Of a stretch of DNA of 64,000 nt, positions 1 to 11,745 are shown in pieces (within the stretch, counting starts at the first letter, position 1; the number at the start of each line of letters is the position of its first letter). The notes below the pieces were generated by a model, which saw only the letters and a list, made by a program, of their open reading frames with translations, was not told the origin of the DNA and searched no databases. The position numbers and the translations under genes are program-made. The stretch comes from Scenedesmus sp. PABB004 (taxonomy: Eukaryota): assembly GCA_014905635.1 (NCBI GenBank), contig JABVCE010000010.1, positions 310,001 through 374,000 on the forward strand, in the 5' to 3' direction.

Positions 1-641
1 CCCGCGCACGCCCGCTCGACGCGCGCCGCCGCGCCGCGGCCAAGCGCAGCCAGCCGGCGGCGCCGCCACCCGCGCCCGAGCCGCATGCCCCCGTCCACCG
101 TCACCTCCGCCACAGTGCGGGTCAGCATTTCACTGGCCGCCCGTCTCCCAGGCGCCGCGCCGCGGGCGCGCTCGACCGGCCGCGCGCGCGCGGCGGGAGC
201 GGGCCAGGCCGGCGCGGACGCCTGGCGCGCGCACCGCGCCGCCCCTACGACGGACCCCGCCGCCCGCCCGCCCTGCAGCGCTGCCGTGCAGCACGCAAGC
301 ACACCGTCGCCACCCCCCAGCCCGGCACGGCAGCCCGCCCGGTCCGTTCAAGCCCCCGCCCCTCCCCCGTGTCATGCCGAGTCGGCGAGGCACACCGCGG
401 CGCGCAGCTCACGCTGCGCGCCGCCGCCTCGCATCGCCTCCCGCGGCCGGCCGCGGCGGTCGGGCCCCGGCCGGCGCAGCAGCCGGGGCGCGTCAGTCCC
501 GTCAGGCAGCGCCGGCCCGCCCCCCGCCGCCCGTGTGCCGCCTGTCCGCGCGCGGCGCGGCGCCGCGGGGGCCGCTGCCGCCGCAGCCCGGCCCCCGCCG
601 CGCGCGTCGGCGCACATGCGCGCGCGCGCACGCCCGCCCGC

Positions 642-3579
642 TCAGGGGCCGGGCATGGCCGCGGAGCCCGGCGGCGCCCCGCCGGCCTGCTGCTGCCTCT
701 GCAGGATGGCCTGCATGAGCGCGGGGTTCTGCTGCAGCAGCAGCTGCTGCTGCAGCAGCTGCTGCCCGGGGTCCATGCCGCCGCCGGGGCCGCCCATCAT
801 GCCGCCCCCGCCGAGCAGGTTGAGCCCGCCCGGCAGCGCGATCGGCACGCCGCCCATCATCGGCGGGCGCATGCCCGGGCCGCCCATCATGGGACCGCCG
901 CGCGGGCCGAGCGGGCCCCCCATCATCATCTGCCCCGGCGCCATCATCACGCCGCGGCCCGGCATGATGCCGCCTGTGCGGCGGCGGCGGCGGCGGCGTG
1001 TCAGCGGCGGCGGCGTGTCAGCGGCGGCGTCACCGTCAGCGTCATCGGCGCGCTCCCCTCCCTGCCCGCTGCCGCGGCCGCCGCGCTGCCCCGCCCGCCC
1101 CGCGCGCGCGGCCGGCCGCGGCAGTCGAAATCGACCGCCTGCGTCGCATGGCCATCGACTTTGACTGCCGCGGCCGCCCGCCCGCGCGGGCACGCGCGCC
1201 GCCGCTGCTGCACACAGCCGCGCGCGCCGCCGCCGCCACCGCAACCGCGCGGGCAGCACGCCGCCGCCCCGGCCGCCCCGCGCCGCGCAGCCACACGCGC
1301 GCACACGCACCCGGCATCTGCATCATGCCCGGCCGCATGCCGTACGGCCCGCCGGGCCCGCCGGGCATGCCCGGGTGGTGCATGGCGCCCGGGCCGCCGC
1401 GCCCGCGGCCGCCGCCCGCCGCCGCGGCCGCCGCGCGGGCGGTCGTCGTCCTCGTCGCCGTCGTCAAAGTACTCGTCGTCGCCCTCAAACACGTAGTCGC
1501 CCTTGGTCTGACCCCCCGGCGCGGCGCGGCGCGGGGCGCGCGGGCGGGGCGCGGGCCGTGGGCGCGGGGGCCTCGGGGGCCTGGAGGGCTCTGCAGCAGC
1601 CTCGCAACCGAGCAGGCGCGCGCGGCGCTGCACGGCGCGGCGGCACCGCCACAGCGAGCAGCGCACGCTCGCCACACCAACCCCAACAAACACACACCTT
1701 GGACTTGGTCTTCCTCTTCCTCTTGGGGCGGCCGGACGCGGTGTACTCCTCGTCTGCGCGCGTGGGGCGAGCGGGCGGGGCGAGCGGGCGGGGCGAGCGG
1801 GCGGGGTGAGGGGCGTGGCAGCGCAGAGCGCGCGCGGGCGCGGGCAGCAGGGCGGGCGCGGCGGCGGCGGCGGCGGTGCGCACCGGGCTCCGAGTCGCTC
1901 TCCGGGTCGGGCTCCGGCTCGTCCTCGTCGCTCGAGTCGCCGCGGCGCTTGCGGCCGCCGCCGCGGCCGCGGCCGCGGCCGCGCCCGCGGCCGCCGCCGA
2001 ACGCGACGCCCCACGCCTGGGGCGGCAGGTCGGGCTTGAGGCGCGGCACCTGGCCCTGGCACTGCTGCATGATCTGCGCCTTGACCCACTGGCGCACGGC
2101 CATGAGGTTGGGGACCCCGCCGTACAGCTGCGCCGGGGAGGCGCGGGCGGGCAGCGGCGCCGGGCGTGAGCGCGCGGGCGCGGGGGCGCGCGGGCGCGGC
2201 GCGGCGGCGCCCTCCCGCCCTCCCGCCTGGCCCCCTCCCGCGCGCGCGCCGCCTGGCCTGGCCCTCCCGCCGCACCCGCGCGCGCAGGTTCTCGTCGTAG
2301 TGCGCCGGCGCGAGGCTGAGGCTGACGAGGACCTCGTCCACCACGCCCCGCGCGCGCATGAGCTCCTCCTCGCTGCGCCCCCAGTCCTCGCGCCCGCCCA
2401 TGCCGGGGATCACAAACCTGGAGGGGGGGTAGGGTTTAGGGGCGGCGGGGCGGCGCGGGCGGGCGGGCGTGAGCGGGTGGGGGCCCGCGCGGCGCGGCGG
2501 GGCGGCGGCGCGTCGCCGGCGGGTGTGGGCGGGGCCCCGGCCAGCGCGCCGCGCCGCGCGCGGCCGCGCGCACCTGAGCAGCTTGCCGTCGATGCGCTCG
2601 ACCACGACCACCACGAGCAGCGCGCCGTCGGGGCGCTGCTCAATGCCGAGCATGGTGAGCTGGCGGTCGCCCCAGCCGCGGCGGCGCTGGTCCTGCAGCA
2701 GCTCGGGGTCAAACTGCATCGCCTTGTAGCTCGCGTTGAAGCGCACGTGGTCGACCTCCATCTCCTTGCTGTGCGCGACTGCGCGGCGGCGGCAGCAGCG
2801 CGCGGGCGGGGGCGGGCGGGGTCGGGCGTGGGGCGGCATGCGCCACCACGCGGCGCGCGGGCGCCGGCGCGGCCGCCGGATCGATCGCCGCGCGGCGGGC
2901 ATCAGGGCGCGCGCGCGCGCGCGGCCGCCGCCGCCGCCGGCGCCGCCGCCGCCGTCGCTGCCGCCGGCGGCGCCCAGATCGCGCCCGCGCGGCGCGCCGC
3001 CGCGCTCTGCCACACTCACGCGCCCACACGGTGTACGACGGCACGCCGCCGAGCATGCGCAGGTTGATGATGACGTGCGCGCTCGTGTGCCACTCGCAGT
3101 CGGGGTACTCGGGCAGGTCGATGATCTCGCCCAGCTGCGGGGCGGCCGGCGGCCGGCGGCGGCGGCGGCGGCGTCGGCGCAGCGCGGCGCGGCGCGGCGC
3201 GCCGGCGGCGCGGCGGCGCGCCCACGGCCGCGCGGCGGGTGCGCGCCGGCGGCCGGCGTCGGGGGCGCGCGCGGGCGGGGCGCGGGGGGCGCGCCTTGGG
3301 CTCGGCCTTGGCCCGGTACAATGGCGCCAGCCCCATGATGGCCTTCTCGGGGTCGTAGGCGCTGGGTTCGATCCAGTGCACCATGACGACCTCGGGGTCG
3401 TCGAAGCCGTCCCACATCAGCTCCAGGTGGCTCTGAAAGGCATTCAAATCCGTCCTGGCCAGCACGGTGCCGTAGAAGGTCTGCTCCGCGTACTTGGGGA
3501 CGTTCTGGCTCACCACGCGGTAGCGGGCCTTGATGTCGGTGCCCCGCACGCACTGGTAGACCACCCCGCCCTCGGCCAT
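642..3579 (-). CDS. Multi-exon hypothetical protein: globular N-terminal region, RGG/acidic/basic (NLS-like) middle, Gly/Met/Pro/Gln-rich C-terminus; apparent frameshift near 1416
   Basis: Exons join in frame at G[T/C]..AG: MAEGGVVYQCVRG...AEPK | LGEIIDLPEYPDCEWHT... | ...HSKEMEVDHVRFNASYK... | FVIPGMGG... | LYGGVPNL... | DEEYTASGRPKRKRKTKSK | TKGDYVFEG... | GIMPGRG...AMPGP*. No family recognised. Confidence 0.75.
1113..1176 (-). ncRNA. Candidate intronic pre-miRNA-like hairpin
   Basis: The arms cggccgcggcagtcgaaatcgaccgcctgcg and cgcatggccatcgactttgactgccgcggccg are near-perfect reverse complements, inside the last intron of the 642-3579 gene. Confidence 0.4.
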
Positions 3580-4274
3580 GGCGGATGCGCGGACAACAAC
3601 GACGGCCGGGCGGGCCTCAGCGCATCTCGCGGGGCGCGGAGCGGGACCGGGGCGGCCTCCTGGGCGCGACGGGGCGCGGTGGGGGCCTCCCCGGGCGCCG
3701 CGGGCGCGGCGCTGGGGCCAGCAGCCCTGGGAACCCCAGACCCTGGAAGGCAGCTCCCGGCCGCCACAGGGCCCTGTCCCGCCCCGCGCGGCCCACAGAA
3801 GGCCGCAAGAACCCCGCGATGCGCCAGCGCGTGCCCGCCGGGCGCCGCGGGGCCGGGGCGGCCAGATCATCGGCGCCCGGGTGCCCCGCGCCGAGCCGGC
3901 ACCGCGCCGGGGCGGCGCCAGGTGTCTGCGCTCGGCACGACGTGGCGCCTGCGATCGGCGCACGCGGGCGGGCGCGGTCCCCGGCGCAGCTGTCGCGCGG
4001 CCGGGCGCGGCCAGGGCGCGCCGCTGCGGGCCCGGTGTGCGCCTGCGGGCGGCCGTGGAGCACGCGAGTTCGAATCGGGGCCCACAGCTCGCTGGGGGCG
4101 CGGCCACGCCGACCCAGCGCGGAGCGGGACGGCGCGCAGTGTTCCCGGTGCCGTGGTGCGCGCGCCTGCGGCCTCCAACGGCGCCCGCGACCCCACCACC
4201 GCGCTCCGGACGCGGCTGGAACGCACGGGCGACGCCGCGCGGCGCGCCTGCGCGCGCCGCGTGCCGCGCGCCGC

Positions 4275-4900
4275 GCGCCGCGTGCCGCGCGACCGCGCCG
4301 GCCGCGCCGCGCCGCGCCCCCCAGCACTGCGCCCGCGCCGCGCCGCGCCGCCGCCGCACCGGCCATGAAGATGACCACCTCGTAGCACCACCACTCCATG
4401 CAGATCATTGCGGCGGCGGGCAGGCCGTACGACAGGTACGTGCCCCACCCCGCCAGCACGGCGGCGCCCGGGCGCGGCCACGTCGCGTCGGGCGTGCCCG
4501 CGCGCGCCGCGTCGCGCCAGAGCGTGTAGCCCAGCAGCAGCGCGGCGCCGGTGCCCTGGCTCAGCACAAACGCGCGCGCCGCGCCGAGCAGGCCGAGCTG
4601 CCACCTGGGCGCGGCGGCGGCGCGGCGCGCGCGGCGCTGGGCGCGCTCGGCGCCCGGGCCTGGGCGCGCGCCCCGCGCACCGCCGCCGTCACCGCCGCCG
4701 TCACCGCCGCCGCCACCGCCGCACACCAACACACGCCCTGGCGGTGAGCAGCCAGAAGTACAGCGGCGCCGCGAGCGCGGTGACGATGGTCACGACCATG
4801 CCCGGCAGCACCACGCGCTGCGCGAGCAGGTAGCGCTTGAGGCACTCGGTCAGCGCCGCCATGAACAGCGTGGGCGTGATGGCCCACAGGTACCTGCGCG
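4275..4900 (-). pseudogene. Inverted partial duplicate of the MATE gene (two exons plus introns, copy of 6894-7525)
   Basis: Near-identical reverse complement encoding YLWAITPTLF...WLLTAR and WQLGLLGA...EVVIFMAG. The donor cag|gtgcgtg has lost its T (cagggcgtg). The other MATE exons are absent. Confidence 0.85.
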
Positions 4901-6078
4901 GGCGCCTCGCTGCCCGGGCCGTCGTCGCCCGGGTCGAGCGCGACCTGACGCGCTGACCGCGCACGCAGCGCGCGCCGACGCCCCCCCCCCCGACCGAGCG
5001 CACGCGGCGGCGGCACGGCTTATGTGCGTTGCGAGTGGGGGGCGCGGAGGTGCGGAGGGCGGGCGGCAGCGGCGGCGTCGCTGCCGGCGGGCGCCGGCGC
5101 GCGCGCGCGTGCCGGGCGGCGTGCGCCAGCCGGGCGCGCGCCGGCTGGGCGCGCCGCAAAAGAGGCACTGCGACTGGCGGTCAAGGGCCTCGACTCTTCG
5201 CAGCACCGTGGGCGGCGCGCCGACGCAGCCGGCCGCGGCCGCCCCAACGCGGCGCGGTCCAGCGGCTGCGGCGCAGTCGCTGCGCACGCACTGCCAGCCT
5301 GCCAGCCAGCTCCAGCCACGCGCGGCGCTGGCAGGTGCCGCTGTGCGCGCGCGCCTTGACCACGTTGACCACCCTGACCGCACCCGCGCCCGGCACGCGT
5401 TCGGCACGCCGTCTGGCACGCGCGCGCGTGCCCCGCGCTGGCCGCGCCCCGCACCGCGCTCGCACGTCCCGGAGTGGCGCCGCCGTCGCAGGCGTGCCAA
5501 GCGCGCGGCGCGGGGCGGGGCGCATGCCGAGCTGGTCGCGCAGCGCGGCGGGGCGGGTGAGGGCGCGGGCGCGGGCTGGCGCGCAGGCGCGCGCCGCGCG
5601 GCGTCGCCCAAGCGCGTCTGGAGCGCGGTGCGGGGGTCGCGCTGTGCGCGAGCGCGGTGCGTCGCGCGACCGCACCGGGCTCGCTGTGCGCCGTCCCGCT
5701 CCGCGCTCGGGGGCCGCGCGGCGGAGGTGCCAGTCTGCTGGGCGCCGCCGCCGCCACCGCTGGCGGCCGCCGCAGCAGGCGCGGCGACCGCTGGGCCGCA
5801 GCTTTGAAACGCGTCCGCTCACTCTTGCGCCCGCCGTCCGCCGCCGCGGCGCGCGGGCTGGCTCCCCAAACTCCATCGGAACCGGGGCTTGACGTAGAGC
5901 AGAACTGGGCCAGCCAGGCGCCTGCCAGGGGTTGGAGCGGCCAGCTGGGAGTCGCGCTCGGGCCAGGGCGCTCCCCGCGCGAGCGCCGGCGCCTGTGCGC
6001 CGCGGCGAGGGCGCCAGCGCATTGTCGCGTAGTCAGGAGTGCGAGGAGCGCGTGATCGCAGCAGCAGCGTAGCCCGCC

Positions 6079-8820
6079 ATGGCGGGGGAGTGTGCTGGAG
6101 CAGAGCGGGGCCTGGCTGGGCGCGCGGAGCAGCCGCTGGCCAAGCGGGTCGGCAAGGAGCTGATCAGGCGCGCCAGGGGGGACCAGACGCGCAGGGGCGG
6201 GGCCCCCGCGGCGCCCGCATGGCGCGCCGCAGCCCGCAGCGCGGCGGCGCCGCTGCTGCCGCGCTCCCGCCGAGCGCCCCCGGCTGGCCCGCGGCGCAGG
6301 CTCTCGCACATGGCGGGCCCGCTCTTCTTGCAGAACATCTTCTCCTACAGCACCTCGGTCGTCGCGGTCGCGTTCATCGGCCACCTCGGCGACAAGAGCC
6401 TGCTCGCCTCGGCGGTGCTCGCAAACTCGCTCTTCAACGTGACCGGCTACTCGGTCGTCTCCGGCCTCTCCGCCGGCATGGAGACGCTCTGCGGCCAGGT
6501 GCGCGCCGCGGCGGCAAGCGGCGGCGGTGGCGGCGGGCGGCAGCGGCGGGCGCGCCCCCGCCGCCGTGCCGCGGCGCCCACCGCGCCGCCGACGCCAGCG
6601 CCGCTTGCCGCCGCACCCGCCGCGCGCAGGCGTACGGCGCGCGCAGCTACAAGACGCTCGGCCTGGTGCTGCAGCGCGCGGTCGTGATCACCTGGCTCGC
6701 CTGCCTGCCCATCACGCTGCTGTGGGCGCACTCGGAGCGCGTCATGCTAGCGCTCGGGCAGGACCCGCACATCGCCGCCGGCGCCGCGACGTGCGGCGCC
6801 GCGCCGCGCCGCGCCGCGCCGCGCCGCGCCGCACGCGCGCCGCCGCCGCCGCCTCGCGCCGGGCCGCGGCCCCAACGCGCGTGTGCATGCGCGCGCGCAG
6901 GTACCTGTGGGCCATCACGCCCACGCTGTTCATGGCGGCGCTGACCGAGTGCCTCAAGCGCTACCTGCTCGCGCAGCGCGTGGTGCTGCCGGGCATGGTC
7001 GTGACCATCGTCACCGCGCTCGCGGCGCCGCTGTACTTCTGGCTGCTCACCGCCAGGTGCGTGTGTTGGTGTGCGGCGGTGGCGGCGGCGGTGACGGCGG
7101 CGGTGACGGCGGCGGTGCGCGGGGCGCGCGCCCAGGCCCGGGCGCCGAGCGCGCCCAGCGCCGCGCGCGCCGCGCCGCCGCCGCGCCCAGGTGGCAGCTC
7201 GGCCTGCTCGGCGCGGCGCGCGCGTTTGTGCTGAGCCAGGGCACCGGCGCCGCGCTGCTGCTGGGCTACACGCTCTGGCGCGACGCGGCGCGCGCGGGCA
7301 CGCCCGACGCGACGTGGCCGCGCCCGGGCGCCGCCGTGCTGGCGGGGTGGGGCACGTACCTGTCGTACGGCCTGCCCGCCGCCGCAATGATCTGCATGGA
7401 GTGGTGGTGCTACGAGGTGGTCATCTTCATGGCCGGTGCGGCGGCGGCGCGGCGCGGCGCGGGCGCAGTGCTGGGGGGCGCGGCGCGGCGCGGCGCGGCC
7501 GGCGCGGTCGCGCGGCGCGCGGCGCTCGGCGGCGGCGCGCGGGCGCGCGCCCCCGAGCGCCGCCCGCCCGCCGGCGGCCCGCAGGCGCCGCGCACAACGC
7601 GGAGCTCGCCGTGAGCGTGATGGGCATCCTCTTCCAGCTCTCAGCCTGCAGCTACATGTCAGGTGCGCGCGGAGGCCGCGCACATCGCCGCGACGCCCAC
7701 CGGACGCCCGCTGCGCCGCCCGCCGCGACGCCGCCCGCGGCGCCCGCCGCGCCGCGCACCGCGCCGCAGCCATGGCGTACGGCAGCTCCGTGAACACGCG
7801 CGTCAGCAACGAGCTCGGCGCCGGCCGCGCCGCGCCGGCGCGGCTCGCGTTCCAGATCGGCGTCTGCGCGGTGGTGGCGGTGCAGAGCCTGTGGGTGGTC
7901 GCGGGGCTCGCGTTTGGGCGCGCCCTCGTCGGCCTGCTGTCCAGCAACGCCGAGGTCGTCGCACACACGCTGGAGGTGCTGCCGCTCGTGATCCCCACCT
8001 TTGTCAGTGAGTCGCCCGCACCGCGCCGGCCTCGCCGCGGCGGCGCTGGGCCCGCGCCGCCTGTCCCCGCCCCCGCCGCGCCAGCCCCGCCGCCGCCCGC
8101 CCGCCGCAGCCGACGCGGTCAACTGCGTGTGCATGGGCGTGCTGCGCGGCGCGGGGCGCCCGGGCGTGGGCGCGGTGCTCAACATCATCGCCTACTGGAT
8201 GCTCGGCGTGCCGCTCGCGTGGCTGTTTGGCCTCCGCATGCGCATGAGCACGCGCGGCTTCTGGTGCGCGCAGCGGCGCCTGGCGCCGGGCGGCGCCGGG
8301 CGGCGGGCAGCCGACGTCGCCGCCGCGCGCCGCCGCGCCGCGGCGCAGGCTGGGGCTGCTCGTCACGAGCGCGGGGCAGTCGCTGGTGCAGCTCGCGGTG
8401 CTCGCGCGGCTCGACTGGCGGGAAGAGGTGGCGCGCGCGGCGGCGCTCATGGCGGGGCGGGACGACGAGGACGCCGACGCCAAGGCCGCCGCGCTCGGCG
8501 GCCTCGGCGCAGCAGCAGCAAAGCGCGGCGCCGGCGGCACCGCCAGCGGCGGCGACGACGACACGGCGCCGCTGCGCGACGGCGCGGCCGCGGGCGAGCG
8601 CGCGAGCCTGCTCGGCGGGCTGCGCAGCGGCAGCAGCAGCGGCGGGGAGCTGGCGGGGGAGCAGCAGGAGCAGCCGCAGCAGGGGCCCTGGCGGCCAGGC
8701 GGCTGCGGCCGTCGGCCAGGGTCGCCGCCGGGCGGCGCGCGCGCGGGCAGCGAGCTGCAGCTCGCGCCAAGCCTGCATCGGGAGCTGCTGGCCAGCCGTG
8801 ACAGCCTGGAGCGCGGCTGA
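6079..8820 (+). CDS. MATE/DTX family efflux transporter (~9 exons)
   Basis: Family motifs LASAVLANSLFNVTG...GMETLCGQAYGA, LQRA, RYLLAQ, MICMEWWCYE, TRVSNELGAG, GVLRGAGR, DWREEV. Confidence 0.93.
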
Positions 8821-9303
8821 GGGCGCGCGGGGCGCGGGGCGCGCCGCCCGCGCCGGGTGCGCTGGCGCGCGCCGGCGCGGCGTTCGCGCGCCGCCACCGG
8901 CGCTGCCCGGCCGCGACGACCCCCGTGGAGGCGACGGCATCTCGGGCGGAGCTGGCCGGCGGGCAATGCGCCCGGCAGCGATGCCGGTCTGGTTTTACGG
9001 TCTCAGCCCCCGCGGCCCGCCCGGTCTCAACCGGCGTTTGCCGCGCGCGCGCCGGGCCGCCAGTTGCGCCTTCCGGTCGGACACCGGCCACGACGCCGCG
9101 GACGCAGCTCGCGCTCGCGCCGGAGCTCCGCGCCCGCGCTGTGCAGCAGCAGCAGGCCCCGCCGCCGCGCTCGCGCGCCCGGCGCTCGCGCTGAGCTGCT
9201 CTCAGCTCGTAAAGTGCGGCTAAGGAGCTCCTGGGCCGCCCGCAAGGCCTCCAGGCGGAGCACAGCGCCAGCGGGCAGCGCGGTAGACCCAGCGCTGGTC
9301 GGA

Positions 9304-10969
9304 ATGGCGGCCACCGCGCTCGCCACGGCGCCGCTGGTGGCCGTGCGGCCCGCGTTTTGCTCGGGGAGCCTCTCGGGTGAGCAGCGGCGCGGCCTGGGCC
9401 CGGCGCGCGGGGCGGGCGAGCAGCACGCCCGGGGCAGGCCGCGGGCGGCACCATGCGCGCGCGAGCGCCCCTGAGAGACTGCCCGGGAGGGCGGGAAGGG
9501 CGTGAGCAGCGCGTTATGTGCCACGCTGGCCTGCGGGGTGGCGTGGCCGGCGCGCCGGCGTGCGCGCGCCGCTGCTGCGCCGCGGCCGCTGACTGCGCCG
9601 CCCGCGGCCGTGCGCAGTGCGGCCGTGCCTGGACAAGCGGCTGCGGGAGCACATGGACCGGCGAGCGCTCGCGGCGCTCACGCTCACGGTGGACGCGTCG
9701 GCCGAGCGCGCTGAGAAGGCGCGCCGCGCGGCGCGCGGCGCGCGGCGCGCGGCGCGCGGCGCGCGGCCCCGGCGCCGCAGCAATGGCGGCGGCCGTGGCG
9801 GCAGCGGCGGCGGGGCGCCCGCAGCGCCGGGGCGGGGCGCGCCTGGCGGCGCGCGGCCGTGCCCGCTGCCAGCGCCGAGCGCCAACGCCGGGCAGGCGCG
9901 CTGAGCCGCGCTGCGCCGCCGCCGCGCAGGTGAAGGGCGCCGCGTTCACGCAGCAGGAGGCGCTCGGGCGCGTGGAGGCGATGTGCCGGCAGTACCGGCC
10001 GGAGCAGAAGCCCGTGGTGCGGCGCGCGGCGCGGCCGCCGGCTGCAGCGTGTGCGCACGGGCGGGGGCGGCGGCTCACGGGCGCGTGCGGGCCTCGCAGG
10101 ACACGCTGGCCGAGATTGGCCTGCTGGACGCGGTGCCCTTCCTCGCGCGCCGGCTGTGCGCGGCGCGGCAGGCGGAGCAGGCGCCGGGCGTCGCGCCGGG
10201 TGCGGGCGCGCGCGCGCCCCGCTCCCGCCGCCCCTCCCCTGCGCTCCCCGGCCTCGGTCGCTCCCTGGCCCCGACCCCCGCGCGCGCCCCGACCCCCGAC
10301 CGCCCTGCCTCCCCCCAGGCGGCGCGTACCTGGCGTACGTGGGTCTGCTCAACCAGGCGGTCATGATGAGTACGCAGCTCTACAACGACGCCGCCAACCC
10401 CGCGCACCACAAGTACGCGGCGCACCAGGTCGCGCTGCTCTACGTGAGTGCGGCGGGGGGCACGTGCCTCGCACGCGCCGCACGCGGGGCGCCGGGCGCC
10501 GGGCACACGCAGGGCGCGGGGCGCCGCCGCGCCAGCCTGGCGCGCGCACCGCGCCGCGGCCGCGGCCGCGCCGCCCGCCCGCGCCCATGCGCCGCCGCCG
10601 CCGTCGCCGCGCAGCAATCGCTCAACATGCTGCAGGGCGAGACCAAGCCGATCCGCCGGCTCATTGAGGGCCGCTTTGATGACATCAAGGCCATCACAGA
10701 GGGACCCACGCCCTACCTCGACCCGGAGCTCGGCAGCTGGTGCGCGGCGCGGCGCGGCGCGCACGCCGGCGGGGCGGCCCTGGCGCCGCCGGCGGCGGCG
10801 CCGCGCGGCCGGGCGGCGCCCCGACCCGCGCCGCGCGCGCGCCGCGCGCCCGCCGCCTGGCCGCAGGCTGCAGGGCGTCACGTGGCTGTGCCGCGAGGAG
10901 ATCACCGTGTGCCCCGGCTACGTGCACCGGCGACTCAGCCCGCTGCTGTCCGCGCTCAAGGCGCACTAG
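9304..10969 (+). CDS. Conserved-looking hypothetical protein (~7 exons)
   Basis: In-frame exons RPCLDKRLREHMDRR..., VKGAAFTQQEALGRVEAMC..., AYLAYVGLLNQAVMMSTQL...HKYAAHQVALLY|QSLNMLQGETKPIRRLIEGRFDDIK..., ...LSALKAH*. TGTAA at 11638-11642. Confidence 0.8.
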
Positions 10970-11745
10970 CACCGCGGGCGACAGGCAAGCAGCAGCAGCA
11001 GCCGCAGCAGCAGCAGTAGCGCAGTGAGGTCCAGCCCAACGCAACGCAGACTGTGTGTGGAACCAACTCGCGAACAACGCGGCGCGGCGCGGCGGCCGGC
11101 GGGCGGCAGCAGTGGCTGCCGGCGCCCGCCGCGCGGGGACTGGCCGTCCGAGGGGAGCGAGGAACCCACAGTGCCGCCAGGGCCCGTGCCTTGCTGCCTG
11201 TCGTGCGGGGGTGTTCATCGTTCGGTTCGTCGCCGCCGCCGTCGCCGCCGCCCTCGGAGCCCGCCACCTGTGTGGGGGCACCGGGATGCCGGGGCCAGCG
11301 CCGCGGCAGCTGGGCAGCCAGCCGGCGGCTGCGGGCGGCGACCGATGGGCAGGCCTGAATTTGATTCGGCTCGCGTGGGGGCCCCGCGCCCTCTCTCTTT
11401 CTGTCCTGTACATTCATTTGGCTCCCGCGCACGTGCACGCGTGCGCCGCGCCGCGCTCATGGCGCGCAGCCGCCGCGCCCGAGCATGCGCGCGGGACTGG
11501 CTCTCGGCCCGACGGGAAAGCAACGGCAAAGCTGGGAGACTGGCCCGGCGCGCTGGCCGCGCTGGTGGTGTGGCCAAGGCAGGGCAGCAGCTCCCCGCCG
11601 GACGGCGCCACGCCAGCGCGTGGCCGCCCCGGGAAGCTGTAAAGCTCGGCGGCGCTCACGTCACGGCCGGGCGCGGTGTTGCCATGGCCAGCCGGCGCGC
11701 GCGCGGCCGAATGCAGCCCGCCCCGCTCGCACGGCGAGGCGGCGG

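Noticed and set aside
2430..2442. Telomere-like tagggtttaggg in an intron
   Set aside because: Fewer than two units; not distinguishable from chance or an isolated telo-box.
4066..4076. Pol III B-box-like GAGTTCGAATC (tRNA or SINE?)
   Set aside because: The T-stem does not pair, and there is no A-box or cloverleaf.
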